From positions 107,172 through 171,171 of the IMG/VR virus record IMGVR_UViG_3300042301_004349: 64,000 nucleotides of DNA. One strand, given 5' to 3'. The notes beneath the pieces were generated by a model. It ran no database searches and had not been told where the DNA came from. It saw nothing but the letters and a program-made list of their open reading frames with translations. Source of the stretch: a virus. Of the stretch, positions 40,601 to 50,739 are shown piece by piece. Made by a program: the position numbers and the translations under genes. The first letter of the stretch is position 1; every line of letters starts with the position of its first letter.

Positions 40601-40691
40601 GGACACAAGCGAAATCAAGGTCCCAATTTTTATTAGCTGTATAGGGAACAACGAATACGTCTGGAGTACTCAGTTTTTTGAATGATGCCAT
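37689..40691 (-). CDS. Baseplate-anchored adhesin with SprB-like repeats and (SP)n linker
   Basis: GGTSPYTYSW...LPAGTYNVTVTDANNC repeats; N-terminus paralogous to the middle of 40712..41668. Confidence 0.7.
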   Translation of the reverse strand: MASFKKLSTPDVFVVPYTANKNWDLDFACVPQDGAYFTILKGKNITGSIDLDNGPITEGQYESLVYRQINHLYYQYHSSSILNSHSLINSMYYESYMTESSTISTGSYFDFNENPSFVNSFPTSSNDIIRVMSFNQNIYGEQIKPNNFILTASGSYQLADDGYGNIYDISFTGYYVQPGYYAPPGYIAELQNKVHVGNIFYSQGLVIITNQNYKCFLPTPPNAINDYFRILNVQRTKKLDILANDYIDSCNSTAIATSSVATYAYPGYSFPDVTLITGSLFVDECETLGVTPGNYKLYYTVNDNTCLKSNTASIDLELYKLPLEMSRSFQPIVCVGGVSAVTFSINYGIPPYQFSVGGGTYNNLANCEWYQPTASTTAPIGNNVLYVRDSEGTIVTSSFTVLADVFTITTNPTNITCGGSNDGKIAVTGSSTYGAPYSASINGGTNWQGFTSNTLFSSLSPATYTVTVKDGICSTSSLVTITQTPSPTVTINSTTSDCPEPGQDVGSISITVSGGTSPYTYSWVTGSTVVRTTEDPTGLPAGTYNVTVTDANNCTATGSATISSVSSISISLTATNGSCGSGNGQVSASVSGGSGAGFSYLWNTGATGSIVTGSTGTYTLTATDLSTGCTSAASASITVTPGITSITSSLTYNQCDTSVSIGIAGGTSPYTYLVQKGGTSRSQGPTTSNPATINLNDGLNGGTWNITVADANGCTITGSINVRAREYRYSDPVCQELNAVILVDESGGAGTNLKVKGNGQDITTLFTTDAEYIQLHNGTSYSFEAPLYPPADGGWVGNYTSASHTMSVFTTGSLTYTTSSIETGSAYWPLYSLTANSSRYYLIKAEGNLTTSPSPSPSPSPSPSPSPSPSPSPSPSPSPSPSPSPSPSPSPTYTYYILDKCDLSGTVIGKSTNANLYNQFNVTYVIDGGTTCAQIIGIDSLNDGNGTYIPLDGLTALADCNASACQSGSGGSPGGSPPSSPPSSPPSGGGSGGPEELNPE
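38019..38138 (-). repeat. Degenerate hexamer repeat encoding about 20 Ser-Pro units
   Basis: ggact/gggct/ggaga-type units on the + strand. Confidence 0.9.
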
Positions 40692-40711
40692 TTAATAACA
40701 TTTCTTTTATA

Positions 40712-41668
40712 TTAGTAGTCTAACTTAATACGAATTAATGCTTCTTTAGTAAAGTCTTTTACTAATGGTTTGCTTAGTTTAGCAACTGCTAATAATTCAT
40801 TATTATCGTTATATAACCCTACAGTTGTGATATAAGTTTGTGGATTATCAATTAATGTAGTGTGAAGGATATTACCTGTATTATCAATAATTGATGGATT
40901 CGAAGTATAATTATATTCACTGTTCTTAATTCTTGTAAAAAAGAAACGTGATGAAATAGTTTCAGAAGACTGTAATCTAAATAATCTTCCAGCAGTTGTA
41001 GCACCTAATATAGAAGTATATAACTTAGCATTGTTATTATTATTAGTATTAGCAACAGTTTCAGGAGCTGTCATAAATCCGGTTAATGCACCTGGGTTTA
41101 AAACAATTAAACCTAAATCTGGGAACATATGACCATATACTGTTGTATTAGCTGGGGTTCCTGCAGATCCACTAACAATGTTAAAATATCTGTTACTATC
41201 AATAAATTGACTAGTAGTTAAAACATTACTATTATCAGTTAATGAAATTATACCTGAACTTCCACTTAAAGCTAAAGTTAAAGATCCTGGGTGTAATGTT
41301 TCTTTATAACGAGATCTTGCTACGTTAATTACATAAAATTGGGTTACATTAGTACCACCAATTTGAAAATTAGTAGCCTCAGTTCCATAAATTAAGTTTC
41401 TATATTGTCCATATACAACTTTAGTAGGAGATGAGCTAGTTACACTTGAATTAAAATAAGTTGAACCTGAACCAGAGATATGTGCATATTCAATAGAAAA
41501 TGCTACCTCACCAGCGTTGTACACATCTAAATAAAATTGTGATGCAGTTGCTTGAGCTGAGGAAGTTGCTACGGATGATAATGTAGCATTATCTCCACTC
41601 CATAGACCACGCACTACGGTTTCTGCACTTATTACTGAGTCTTCTGTATTATATCTATTAAATGACAT
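40712..41668 (-). CDS. Baseplate/tail structural protein
   Basis: Position in baseplate module; S/T/G-rich. Confidence 0.55.
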   Translation of the reverse strand: MSFNRYNTEDSVISAETVVRGLWSGDNATLSSVATSSAQATASQFYLDVYNAGEVAFSIEYAHISGSGSTYFNSSVTSSSPTKVVYGQYRNLIYGTEATNFQIGGTNVTQFYVINVARSRYKETLHPGSLTLALSGSSGIISLTDNSNVLTTSQFIDSNRYFNIVSGSAGTPANTTVYGHMFPDLGLIVLNPGALTGFMTAPETVANTNNNNNAKLYTSILGATTAGRLFRLQSSETISSRFFFTRIKNSEYNYTSNPSIIDNTGNILHTTLIDNPQTYITTVGLYNDNNELLAVAKLSKPLVKDFTKEALIRIKLDY

Positions 41669-41675
41669 ATGTTAA

Positions 41676-42338
41676 TTAAGGATTAACTTTTTGAATAATT
41701 AAAGGAACTGTAATTCTAGAACCACTATCTCTACCAGTTACAGTAACTGTAGTAGTTAATGAAGTTGCAGTAGTACCAAATAATGTGTTGATTGTAGTTC
41801 CAGTTAATGTAAATGAAGTACCAATTTCTGCTTTAGATAATTTAGTACCACTTGTTGTATTTAAGGCATTATTACCTACAGTAGCACCAGTAATACCAGC
41901 ACCTCTAAAAGTAGAAACTAAACGAACATCAGCAACACTCATTACATATCCATTAGTTTCAAAAGTACTATTTGCACCTAGATAATTTAATGTTTGTGGA
42001 GTAATGCTTAATGAAGCTCCTTGTCTTAAAAGAATTGAGGTAACACCTAAAGAAATAACAGGAAGTTTACTTGTACCTCTTGGTAAAGTTACTAACTTAT
42101 ATCTCATAATTTGAGCTTCATCTGGGAATGCTTCAATAATAGGCATAGCTTCAATTGCTTCACCATAATATGCTGAGCCTGATGGGTGAGTTGGGTTATA
42201 TAGAGTATAATCAACTTCATCATCTGCTAATGAAAATTGTGTAATCTGGAATGAGCCGTCATTACGAGCCAACAATTCGCGGCCCTTTTTGGTTAAAACC
42301 GCATCAACAGTTACAAAAGAAGGATTTAATATTGCCAT
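41676..42338 (-). CDS. Baseplate/tail structural protein
   Basis: DAVLTKKGRELLA...FSLADDEVDY; late motif at 42357. Confidence 0.55.
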   Translation of the reverse strand: MAILNPSFVTVDAVLTKKGRELLARNDGSFQITQFSLADDEVDYTLYNPTHPSGSAYYGEAIEAMPIIEAFPDEAQIMRYKLVTLPRGTSKLPVISLGVTSILLRQGASLSITPQTLNYLGANSTFETNGYVMSVADVRLVSTFRGAGITGATVGNNALNTTSGTKLSKAEIGTSFTLTGTTINTLFGTTATSLTTTVTVTGRDSGSRITVPLIIQKVNP

Positions 42339-42382
42339 AGTTTATTAGTTACTGTATATAAATATACAAGTTTTAAATTTTA

Positions 42383-45300
42383 TTATAATGTACCACCATC
42401 TAAACTACCACCCTCAAGCATTTTTGTTTTTACCTCACGAGTAATGGTATCAATGTTTGCAAACACATCTGGATGTAGGTTATCTGGGATTATAAAACCG
42501 TATGATGTTTTGCCGTCTCTTTTGATAAAGTTTATAATGGCATTTGTTTCATCTCTTAATCTTTTTAAGAATAATATTTTTGTGTATTTTGATGGATCCT
42601 CAAAATTATTAGCTTTAGTGCTATTATCAAATGCAGGGAAAATATCTAATACTAATTTATTATTTACAATTCTAGTATTTAAAATTCTATACTCAGATAC
42701 TTGTCCACTATTATTGTGGTGAACTATCATGTCGTAGTATCCTAGTTCAAATTTATAATCAACATCTCCATAAGTAGGATATAAAGAATGTTGTGGCAAA
42801 CCAGACCCTGTTGGTGGTTGTGGAATAAAGTTATATCCTATAAAACTAGTTAACTGGGTATTTAGAGTAATACTACTGGTTATAGCACCTGCAGTAAATT
42901 GTACAGAATCTATAAATCCTGTTGATCCAGAAACAGCACTAGGTAGTTGGTCTATTTGGTTTGATACTGATGCTATTCTTAAAAAACCAGGAGAATTAAA
43001 TTTAACGATGTAATTAGTTGCAGATAAATTCTTTTGTTTTATTCTAATTTCAATATTATCGTCCTTTGTTAAACTTTGTTGAGTTGTTACATTAAGACTA
43101 GTAATAGTAGACTCAGCAACACGGTATATATCTGGGATTAAATATAAATTATTAGTATCAAATGATTCATAATAATTATAAAACCCACAAGATGTTGTAA
43201 ATCCTCCTAACCCACCATTTGAGTAACAAAATCCTCCATCCTGCCACATTGTTATAGTATCGGTTAATCCCCATAACGTTATACTATTTGAAAAAGAAGC
43301 ATTACAATCTACACAATCATTTGGGTTAGGTAATGATACAGTATCAAATACAGTATATCCATAAATTGTTTGCCCCTTTTCAAATATTTTAATATTAGGA
43401 TTGTTTGGATCTACTATGTCTGTAGGTAGTAAATATGGAAATCCTGGAAGAGTTTGTATTCCGCCAAATCCTAGAGTTGTTCCACCATAACTTTGATAAT
43501 CTACATTATAAATGGCCCCTCCAGTAAATGGTGTAGCTACAACTTGGTCTAATATTGATACAACTTGACTACCACTTGCTATAACTGTACTTCCACTTAC
43601 AATTTCTAAAGACCAGGTAACGTTACCTCCATCAGACATTGTAATTTCTAATCCAATACTTGCAGTAATATTATACAATCCAGTTTCTGGTACTGAGTAT
43701 GAAGGGTATGTTTGAGACCCTGTACTTCCTATATGATAATCTGCTAATGAATCAACATTTTTAGTTACTGATGTAAATACATTAAATATAGTTTTATCTG
43801 ATCCTGTTGTGAATAAAGGATAAACTGGTACATCTCCTAATGAGCTAGTGATAAGACCTATTGAATGGGTAGCTTCTAATTCTTTAGAAACATTACCTCC
43901 TTCTGATTGAAAATATAGAACAGTATCACTTCCACTAGTATATAATAAAGGGGTATATGAGTATCCACTTTCAAATATTACTTTAGTTCCATCAAGATTT
44001 TTCTGATTGCTGAATTTCTGATTATCAAATAATGATACATCTAGAGTATCATCAGAAACGAATGTTCTTTGAACTTCTATCCAATTTTTATTTCGCTGGT
44101 TTAATTCAGTTAAATTACCTTCTTCATCTACAAGATACTTAATTACTACATCATTTCTATTTGGTAAAAATCTACTTTTAACTACTTCAGAAAATAAACC
44201 TAATTTTCTAACTTGATTATCTATAACAGCAGTTTTACCAAATGATATATCACCATCAGTATAATCATTATATGTTGCACTTGTTAATTTAACACCACTA
44301 TGTCTAGAACGTTCAAATGATTTTAAAGATTCATTACTATCTTGAACATCTGTTTGGAGTAAAATTGAACCAGATTGTTGTAAAGTTCCACTTATATAAG
44401 AATATATTGGAGTTAGTTTTGATACTTTTATTGAAGGTCTACTTACTAAAGAATTATTTAAAGTAACATTAAAATCAGTATGTTCAAATTGATATGAACT
44501 AGAAGTTGTTGTTACTAAGAATGGATTTGGGTTTGAATCTTCAAAATATTCATTAATATCAGGCCAACTTCCACTCAATTCTCCACTATAAAATGCTTCT
44601 CTATTACCAGGCAATAAACTATATAAATAATCATTATCCTCAGCAATTACCGGCCCATTATAATTAGCTTCATATATTGATTGGTTGGTAATATTAGGTT
44701 GTAGTCTTTTAAATTTAATTCTTTCTAAATTTTGAGGACGTATAGTAACACCAGTTAATAATGTAGATCTTCCAGGTACATAATCCTTTAACATTTTAAA
44801 TAAAGAATTATCAAAAAACTTTATTAACCCAATAAAACCAGCATAATCAAATTCTGTTGTGAAATTTGAACTAATATGAGAATGTCTTAAAGTGTTTAAT
44901 GTAGGATAACTTCCACTAAGTTCAAAACGAGGATCACCTATGTAATCATCAATTTCAAAATCAGAAATAACAGAAGAAATAGATGATGATAGAACATTAT
45001 CTATTTCATTTTGAGGTGAGAATGAAATATCAATTTTGTGATAATCTGTTGATCTGGTTGAAACAATATTGGTTGATTCTTCTTCAAGACGTACATGAGG
45101 AGATAAAACACTTCCTGTAATTTGAGTATTAATAACTCTAATTTTCTCACTATTACTATCTAATAATGTATTTTGTTTAGTATTACCTCCAAATTCTTTA
45201 ATAGGTAAAATACTACCTGTAATACCAAATACGTTAATCAAATGATCTAATCCTTTATTACTACCTTTTGATTTAAATAATAGAGGTAAATTATGGTATA

Positions 45301-46825
45301 TTCTCTTATATACCTCAGCAATTAAATCTTTTTTAGGAATATTATTTAAATCACCAATACTACCACTATTAGCTCCTAGTAAAGCTAAATCTAAATCTAC
45401 ATCCGCTTTACTATTATATAAATGAACTCCTAATGATTGTAAAGCATGAAATACAATATCTTTAGATATACCCTCTTCAAGATTATTTTCATTTTTATAT
45501 AAATCCGTTATTGATTTTAAATAAATCCATATATTATCAAAATACTGACCCATCATGTTAACAAATGTTAAGTATGGGGTATTTTCTGGGTCTTCAAGTA
45601 AATAACTAGGAATTAATCTTATTAAATTATCTTGATTATCTAGATCATAATCTTGTGATGATGTTATCCTACTGTTATACCAATTAGTAACAATAGATGA
45701 TGTTACTGGTTGTAATATAAAAGGTTTAGTGTTTGTTGTTTTTGGATAAGCGTATGAGCTTGATTCAAAATACATATATTTTTCATATCCATCAAAACCA
45801 GTAATAATTGAATTAATACTTGATGAATAATAAGCTAATTCTGTTGCTTTAGTGGATAAATTGCTAGATGATATAATAGATGAAGTAATCTCATAATTTT
45901 GAATCGTAGTAACTTTACTTACAAAATTTGCAATTCTACTTTCAGCTGAGCTAAATCTAATAAAATCATCAAAGTTTGTGTAATCTACGTTAAGATCAAC
46001 AGATCCTTCTAAATATTGGTTAATAAAATTAAAATTAGAACCTGTTAATTGATTAACTAAACTATTATAGTTGTGATAAGGTGTACTTATATTATTAAAA
46101 TCAACTTTAACACTAAAGTTAGGTCCTTTAATAGTTGGTCCTGCATCTAATATTAATAATCTATCTAAATTAATACTAAAGGTATAACTGTCAATAATTT
46201 CATCTACAACCCAAAAAGTATCTTTTACAGAAATGCTTTCCGAAAGTGGTTTATATAATTTGATTAGGACATAATGTGTATCTTCTGTTGTATCTAAATC
46301 AACATTAATAATAACAGGTGTATTATTTCTTCCAAAATTTGCTAAATAATATTTTAAATAAGGAGTATTATTAATCTCATTGATTAAAATATCTGTTTGT
46401 TCCTTTATTAAACTATTATTTAAAAAAGTAGAACCTACTTTAATTTCTGTTCTATCATCAGATATTTCTTTGATAAAAAGAGGTGAAAGCGGAGTACCTA
46501 TTTTATTTCTAAAAAAATTATATATTACTTGAAATTCACCATTACGATATTGTTGTTTTAAGTCTTCTATAGGATCTATCTCTAAAGAAGAATAAGTACC
46601 GTCTAAGTTTAAAGCAACATCTGATGGAGATTTATATGATAAATATGAATAAGATCGAAGTAAAGGTTTGCCTAAAATATCATTAATATGATATTCTACA
46701 TAATCTTCATCTAATCCAAAATTATTTACAATTTTGTCTTGGCCTAATAAAATAATATCTTTTTCATCAAACCTATTTGCTTGAGTAGTACTATTAATAT
46801 TTCCTATAATCCTTATCTCAGCCAT
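42383..46825 (-). CDS. Large baseplate wedge-like structural protein
   Basis: 1480 aa; LIPSYL...FVNMMGQYFD and LLFKSKGS...LINVFG wedge-like segments. Confidence 0.55.
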   Translation of the reverse strand: MAEIRIIGNINSTTQANRFDEKDIILLGQDKIVNNFGLDEDYVEYHINDILGKPLLRSYSYLSYKSPSDVALNLDGTYSSLEIDPIEDLKQQYRNGEFQVIYNFFRNKIGTPLSPLFIKEISDDRTEIKVGSTFLNNSLIKEQTDILINEINNTPYLKYYLANFGRNNTPVIINVDLDTTEDTHYVLIKLYKPLSESISVKDTFWVVDEIIDSYTFSINLDRLLILDAGPTIKGPNFSVKVDFNNISTPYHNYNSLVNQLTGSNFNFINQYLEGSVDLNVDYTNFDDFIRFSSAESRIANFVSKVTTIQNYEITSSIISSSNLSTKATELAYYSSSINSIITGFDGYEKYMYFESSSYAYPKTTNTKPFILQPVTSSIVTNWYNSRITSSQDYDLDNQDNLIRLIPSYLLEDPENTPYLTFVNMMGQYFDNIWIYLKSITDLYKNENNLEEGISKDIVFHALQSLGVHLYNSKADVDLDLALLGANSGSIGDLNNIPKKDLIAEVYKRIYHNLPLLFKSKGSNKGLDHLINVFGITGSILPIKEFGGNTKQNTLLDSNSEKIRVINTQITGSVLSPHVRLEEESTNIVSTRSTDYHKIDISFSPQNEIDNVLSSSISSVISDFEIDDYIGDPRFELSGSYPTLNTLRHSHISSNFTTEFDYAGFIGLIKFFDNSLFKMLKDYVPGRSTLLTGVTIRPQNLERIKFKRLQPNITNQSIYEANYNGPVIAEDNDYLYSLLPGNREAFYSGELSGSWPDINEYFEDSNPNPFLVTTTSSSYQFEHTDFNVTLNNSLVSRPSIKVSKLTPIYSYISGTLQQSGSILLQTDVQDSNESLKSFERSRHSGVKLTSATYNDYTDGDISFGKTAVIDNQVRKLGLFSEVVKSRFLPNRNDVVIKYLVDEEGNLTELNQRNKNWIEVQRTFVSDDTLDVSLFDNQKFSNQKNLDGTKVIFESGYSYTPLLYTSGSDTVLYFQSEGGNVSKELEATHSIGLITSSLGDVPVYPLFTTGSDKTIFNVFTSVTKNVDSLADYHIGSTGSQTYPSYSVPETGLYNITASIGLEITMSDGGNVTWSLEIVSGSTVIASGSQVVSILDQVVATPFTGGAIYNVDYQSYGGTTLGFGGIQTLPGFPYLLPTDIVDPNNPNIKIFEKGQTIYGYTVFDTVSLPNPNDCVDCNASFSNSITLWGLTDTITMWQDGGFCYSNGGLGGFTTSCGFYNYYESFDTNNLYLIPDIYRVAESTITSLNVTTQQSLTKDDNIEIRIKQKNLSATNYIVKFNSPGFLRIASVSNQIDQLPSAVSGSTGFIDSVQFTAGAITSSITLNTQLTSFIGYNFIPQPPTGSGLPQHSLYPTYGDVDYKFELGYYDMIVHHNNSGQVSEYRILNTRIVNNKLVLDIFPAFDNSTKANNFEDPSKYTKILFLKRLRDETNAIINFIKRDGKTSYGFIIPDNLHPDVFANIDTITREVKTKMLEGGSLDGGTL

Positions 46826-47154
46826 TATTTTTTATTCTTTGTATAATCTGTAATAATTGTTTTTGCTTCTAAGAGTTGTTGTCTTAAAGAAGTAATTTCA
46901 TCAAGCAATGCTTGAATATCTAAATCATCTGCTAATTTAACTCCTAAATATTCTGCTTCTTTATCTAAAATATATCTATGAGATTCAACCTCTCCTTCTT
47001 TAGGAATTTGAAAAAATAATTCTTCATACAGCTGGAAGAAATCTTCAATAGTAAAGTCAGGAGTAACTATAGTTTTAGAAAAAAAACTAAAATTTGTGTC
47101 TAATACACTTTCATTTCTTCTTAAAATAGTTTTATCAACTCTTATAGTAGTCAT
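46825..47154 (-). CDS. Hypothetical protein
   Basis: 109 aa, translationally coupled to neighbours. Confidence 0.6.
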   Translation of the reverse strand: MTTIRVDKTILRRNESVLDTNFSFFSKTIVTPDFTIEDFFQLYEELFFQIPKEGEVESHRYILDKEAEYLGVKLADDLDIQALLDEITSLRQQLLEAKTIITDYTKNKK

Positions 47155-48221
47155 TATCTAATTACTTTAAAAATATAATCTTCATCAAACACAATAGTTG
47201 AACCATCAATTATAGATTTAATTAAAATCTTATAAAATCTTTCAGGTTGTAATCCACTCATGTGAACTGTAAAGAAACTTGAAGTTGGATCAGCACTGAT
47301 TTTAGTGTAATTAGTATCAAAATCTACTATCCATTCATCTGTATCTAAATCTTTAATAGCCCAATATGATGAACTAGGTAATAATTTAGAACCAGTTACA
47401 TACAATTGATTTGCATTAAATGTTCTTGGTGGGTATTGATCTCTAACTCCTAATCTAAATTTATTAACTGAGTCTTGTTGAAATTCTTGTTTATTATTCT
47501 TTAATGAGACTACAGCTTTATGATTGTTAGTTACAGTTAAACTACCAGTAACGAATGTACTATCATCCCATCTGATTTCCAAACAAGGTGGGTAGATTGT
47601 GTGAGTATCTGAAGAGAAATATTTTAATTCAAATGGTGAACTTCCTGTTGAAAATTCAATACTACTTGAATGTTTTAAAATAAATCCTTCATTTTGTATT
47701 TTTACTGCAGCAAATGGATTTGTTTCAAAAGCATAAAAAGCAGCTACAGTTGGTGTAACATCTATTTCAATATCTTTTTCATCATTATTAGTAAATAATT
47801 GAGAAGCTGTTGGTGTTGCAAACCAATCACCCCCACCACTCACCCAAGTATTTATTAAAGTTTTATAATTCCAACTTACACCACCAGTTGTAGATGGAAC
47901 ATTTGCTAAACGACCTGTACCAACATCCCAAGATCCTGAGATAGGATGGCACATTATTCTATAGTCTAAAGGAATTTCAGAGGCATTTGCTAGGTATAAC
48001 TTTAAGTATGCTTTATAGCTGCTTCCAGACACTTTGCTAGCAATGGTATTAACTATTTCGCTAGTTGAAAATTTAATAAGTGCTCTAGAAGATTCTCTAG
48101 TATTTTCAATAGCACTTTCAAATGTACTAATTTCTAGAATTTCGTCCATCCCTGTATTAATTGCAGGGTAATATGAGAAAATTGTTGCGTCCTTTTCAGG
48201 GAATAGTTTGTATACGGCCAT
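47154..48221 (-). CDS. Virion structural protein (DNRLRE/CBM96-like)
   Basis: EKDATI...NTGMDEILE...SRALIKF and W..GGGDW motifs. Confidence 0.5.
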   Translation of the reverse strand: MAVYKLFPEKDATIFSYYPAINTGMDEILEISTFESAIENTRESSRALIKFSTSEIVNTIASKVSGSSYKAYLKLYLANASEIPLDYRIMCHPISGSWDVGTGRLANVPSTTGGVSWNYKTLINTWVSGGGDWFATPTASQLFTNNDEKDIEIDVTPTVAAFYAFETNPFAAVKIQNEGFILKHSSSIEFSTGSSPFELKYFSSDTHTIYPPCLEIRWDDSTFVTGSLTVTNNHKAVVSLKNNKQEFQQDSVNKFRLGVRDQYPPRTFNANQLYVTGSKLLPSSSYWAIKDLDTDEWIVDFDTNYTKISADPTSSFFTVHMSGLQPERFYKILIKSIIDGSTIVFDEDYIFKVIR

Positions 48222-48227
48222 GTAAAA

Positions 48228-48271
48228 GAGTTTCCGGTTATGCTACATATAAATATAGCAACCGGAAACTC
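48228..48271 (-). promoter_or_regulatory. Long hairpin with the late motif in its loop, just upstream of an ATG
   Basis: GAGTTTCCGGT..TGCTA / TAGCA ACCGGAAACTC flanking TATAAATA. Confidence 0.65.
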
Positions 48272-48297
48272 CTATTTAATTATGTGTTATTTAAATA

Positions 48298-48897
48298 TTA
48301 TGCTAACAATGCATGATATTCTTTAAAATGTTTAATTCTATCTGCCAATCCAATTGTTCCACCATTAACACGCTTAGTAATTTGTGTAACAACAGCATCT
48401 GTTGCACCACCATCGGCTAATTTATGTAAACCATTCTTACTAAAGAACCACGCTGCAGAAAGTAATGCATATTTGTCTGATACTACATCAGGATTTAATG
48501 TTATATTCTCATTAATTGCTTTCCCAAATTCGGTATAATTTGCTTTACCTGTTAATTGAATATATCCTCTACCTCTAAACTTAAATCCATCACCAGATGC
48601 TTCATCACCATTCGCCATGCGATTTGCATAAACTTTATTAGCAATCTTTTGTGGGTTTCTAGCATATGGGGTAGCTGCTGCTTCGGTTGGAAAATACTTT
48701 TTAAAAGTACCAACTAATCCTTTAGCAGAATAATTTAAATTTTCTTTTGTTGCTCTAAATCCACCGGATTCATGACCACATTGTGCCAAAAAATGAGCTA
48801 AACGTAATGGAGTATTTATTTGGAATTTTTCCATAACTCCTGGAATTTGGGCTATAACAGCCTCAGGAATGTGTCCTTTTAATTTTTCTAGGTTCAT
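48298..48897 (-). CDS. Endolysin, glycoside hydrolase family 19
   Basis: FLAQCGHESGGF, ENLNYS, FRGRGYIQLTGKANY and TKRVNGG motifs. Confidence 0.92.
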   Translation of the reverse strand: MNLEKLKGHIPEAVIAQIPGVMEKFQINTPLRLAHFLAQCGHESGGFRATKENLNYSAKGLVGTFKKYFPTEAAATPYARNPQKIANKVYANRMANGDEASGDGFKFRGRGYIQLTGKANYTEFGKAINENITLNPDVVSDKYALLSAAWFFSKNGLHKLADGGATDAVVTQITKRVNGGTIGLADRIKHFKEYHALLA

Positions 48898-48909
48898 ATT
48901 TTATTTAAT

Positions 48910-50739
48910 TTATAGTGTTACAATTCGTCCTTGAATATCTATATCAGGAAATCTAACTTCAAATATAGAAGGATCTAATGATGGGTATAGTATGTTATTT
49001 CTAATAGCACCTGGAATATCATAGCTATATATAGAATAATTACCTCCAGATTTATTTACAATTTCTACCTTAGATATTGATTGAACTCCTCTAACTTGTA
49101 ATAAAGTTGAATTCACATCAGATATAACTAATGGTTTATTTATCTGCATGTTTTCAATGCTAAATCTATCTTTTAAAGCTTTTATACAATTACTTAATAC
49201 TTCTTTATTATTAAATGTTGGTAAAACAGAAATATCAAAATTAATACCTATATTAATATAATAAGCATTTTTAATATTAATAGCATCTGTAGCCATTCTA
49301 TATTGTGATAAATAATTTTTAATATTATTTTTTAATACAGATGATGGCATAACTAGTTGTTTACTGGCGTTGTATCCTAAAGTATATAAACTGATAGATA
49401 ATGGATTATTATCTAATAATCGATCATTTCCTGAATTTTGAGATAAAGCAAAATCATTAATTGCATATACTTTAGCTACTGATCCAAAATGACTAGGCAT
49501 GCTAAGTACTCTATTAATATAATCTTCTTTAGTCACTACTCTGTTTTGAGAAGAAAATGAATAGAGAGTATTTTGTCTAATTTCTTCAACAGTATCTTCA
49601 TTTCTACCCCCAACCGCAGGTTCAGGATTAGTAATAATCATACTATTAAAAATATCTACATTTTGTGGAGAAGATACATTACCATTAAAAGTAATGTCAT
49701 TTAGGTTAAATTTTCTATTTACAATCTCATTAGATGAAATATTAGATGCAATTCCACCCCCCACTAGATATTTTATAGTTAACACACCTGTTGGTGCTAA
49801 TCCATATTCTCTGGTAGTTACTACTGTTGCCTTGTTAAATGAATTATTTGGATCATAAACATTAGCATTTATACCAATATTTAGATTATTTGGATTTGGT
49901 AGTATAGTAGAATCTGAAGAGGTATTAATTCCTGCTCCAAATTGTAATTCTAAATCACCATTTTCTTTAAATCTAGTAACAAATCTTTTAGGTGTTTCTA
50001 TATAACTTAATAAATAAGGAATAGAATCTGTATTATAGGATGGATTTGTAGCTTTTTGTGGTATACCTTGTTGAGCTAAATATGGTACTTCATACCAAAT
50101 TCCATTTGTACTATCTGTTACTTGTAATATATTTAATATTTGATCATCAGCTATAGTAGTACTGGTGAATTTTTGTGGAGTTGATCCAAAATCAACAGTA
50201 GTTGTTTTAATTTCTGCTGAAATAGCTTTTACAATTTTTGTAACTCTAGCAAATCCTGTACCTTCAAAAAATATAGTTCTGTTTTCTTCTTTTGAAAAAT
50301 CAACTAATTCCGTAGTTAAAAATTTTACACCATTTATACTTTCAACAACACTATTTTCAGGAATTATCATATAATAATTACTATCTGGGATTTGTGTATT
50401 GTTTAGTAGATTAGTAATTAATGGTACTCGTTGAGATATTTGTAAATCAACATATGAAGCATATGACATTTTAGGTCTATACCCCAATGCATAAGCTAAG
50501 GAAATAGCATTACTTTTTTCTTTTGTATATAAAAGTAAATTTTCTTGAAACTGAGTATCTAAATAGAAAGATAAAACATCCCCTACATAAGAAGCCATTT
50601 CAATAAACATCATCCCTGGTGATGCATCTGAGAAATCATTATGTACTGAAGGAAAGTAAGTTTTAGCATGATTAATCAAAGTTGATTTAAAATCACTAAA
50701 ACTTTTATTTAAATACGATATGTTTTTTGTTTCAGACAT
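48910..50739 (-). CDS. gp6: Baseplate wedge subunit (T4 gp6-like)
   Basis: IEMASYVGDVLSFY, LQFGAG, GGRNEDTVEEIRQ and RVVTKEDY motifs. Confidence 0.8.
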   Translation of the reverse strand: MSETKNISYLNKSFSDFKSTLINHAKTYFPSVHNDFSDASPGMMFIEMASYVGDVLSFYLDTQFQENLLLYTKEKSNAISLAYALGYRPKMSYASYVDLQISQRVPLITNLLNNTQIPDSNYYMIIPENSVVESINGVKFLTTELVDFSKEENRTIFFEGTGFARVTKIVKAISAEIKTTTVDFGSTPQKFTSTTIADDQILNILQVTDSTNGIWYEVPYLAQQGIPQKATNPSYNTDSIPYLLSYIETPKRFVTRFKENGDLELQFGAGINTSSDSTILPNPNNLNIGINANVYDPNNSFNKATVVTTREYGLAPTGVLTIKYLVGGGIASNISSNEIVNRKFNLNDITFNGNVSSPQNVDIFNSMIITNPEPAVGGRNEDTVEEIRQNTLYSFSSQNRVVTKEDYINRVLSMPSHFGSVAKVYAINDFALSQNSGNDRLLDNNPLSISLYTLGYNASKQLVMPSSVLKNNIKNYLSQYRMATDAINIKNAYYINIGINFDISVLPTFNNKEVLSNCIKALKDRFSIENMQINKPLVISDVNSTLLQVRGVQSISKVEIVNKSGGNYSIYSYDIPGAIRNNILYPSLDPSIFEVRFPDIDIQGRIVTL

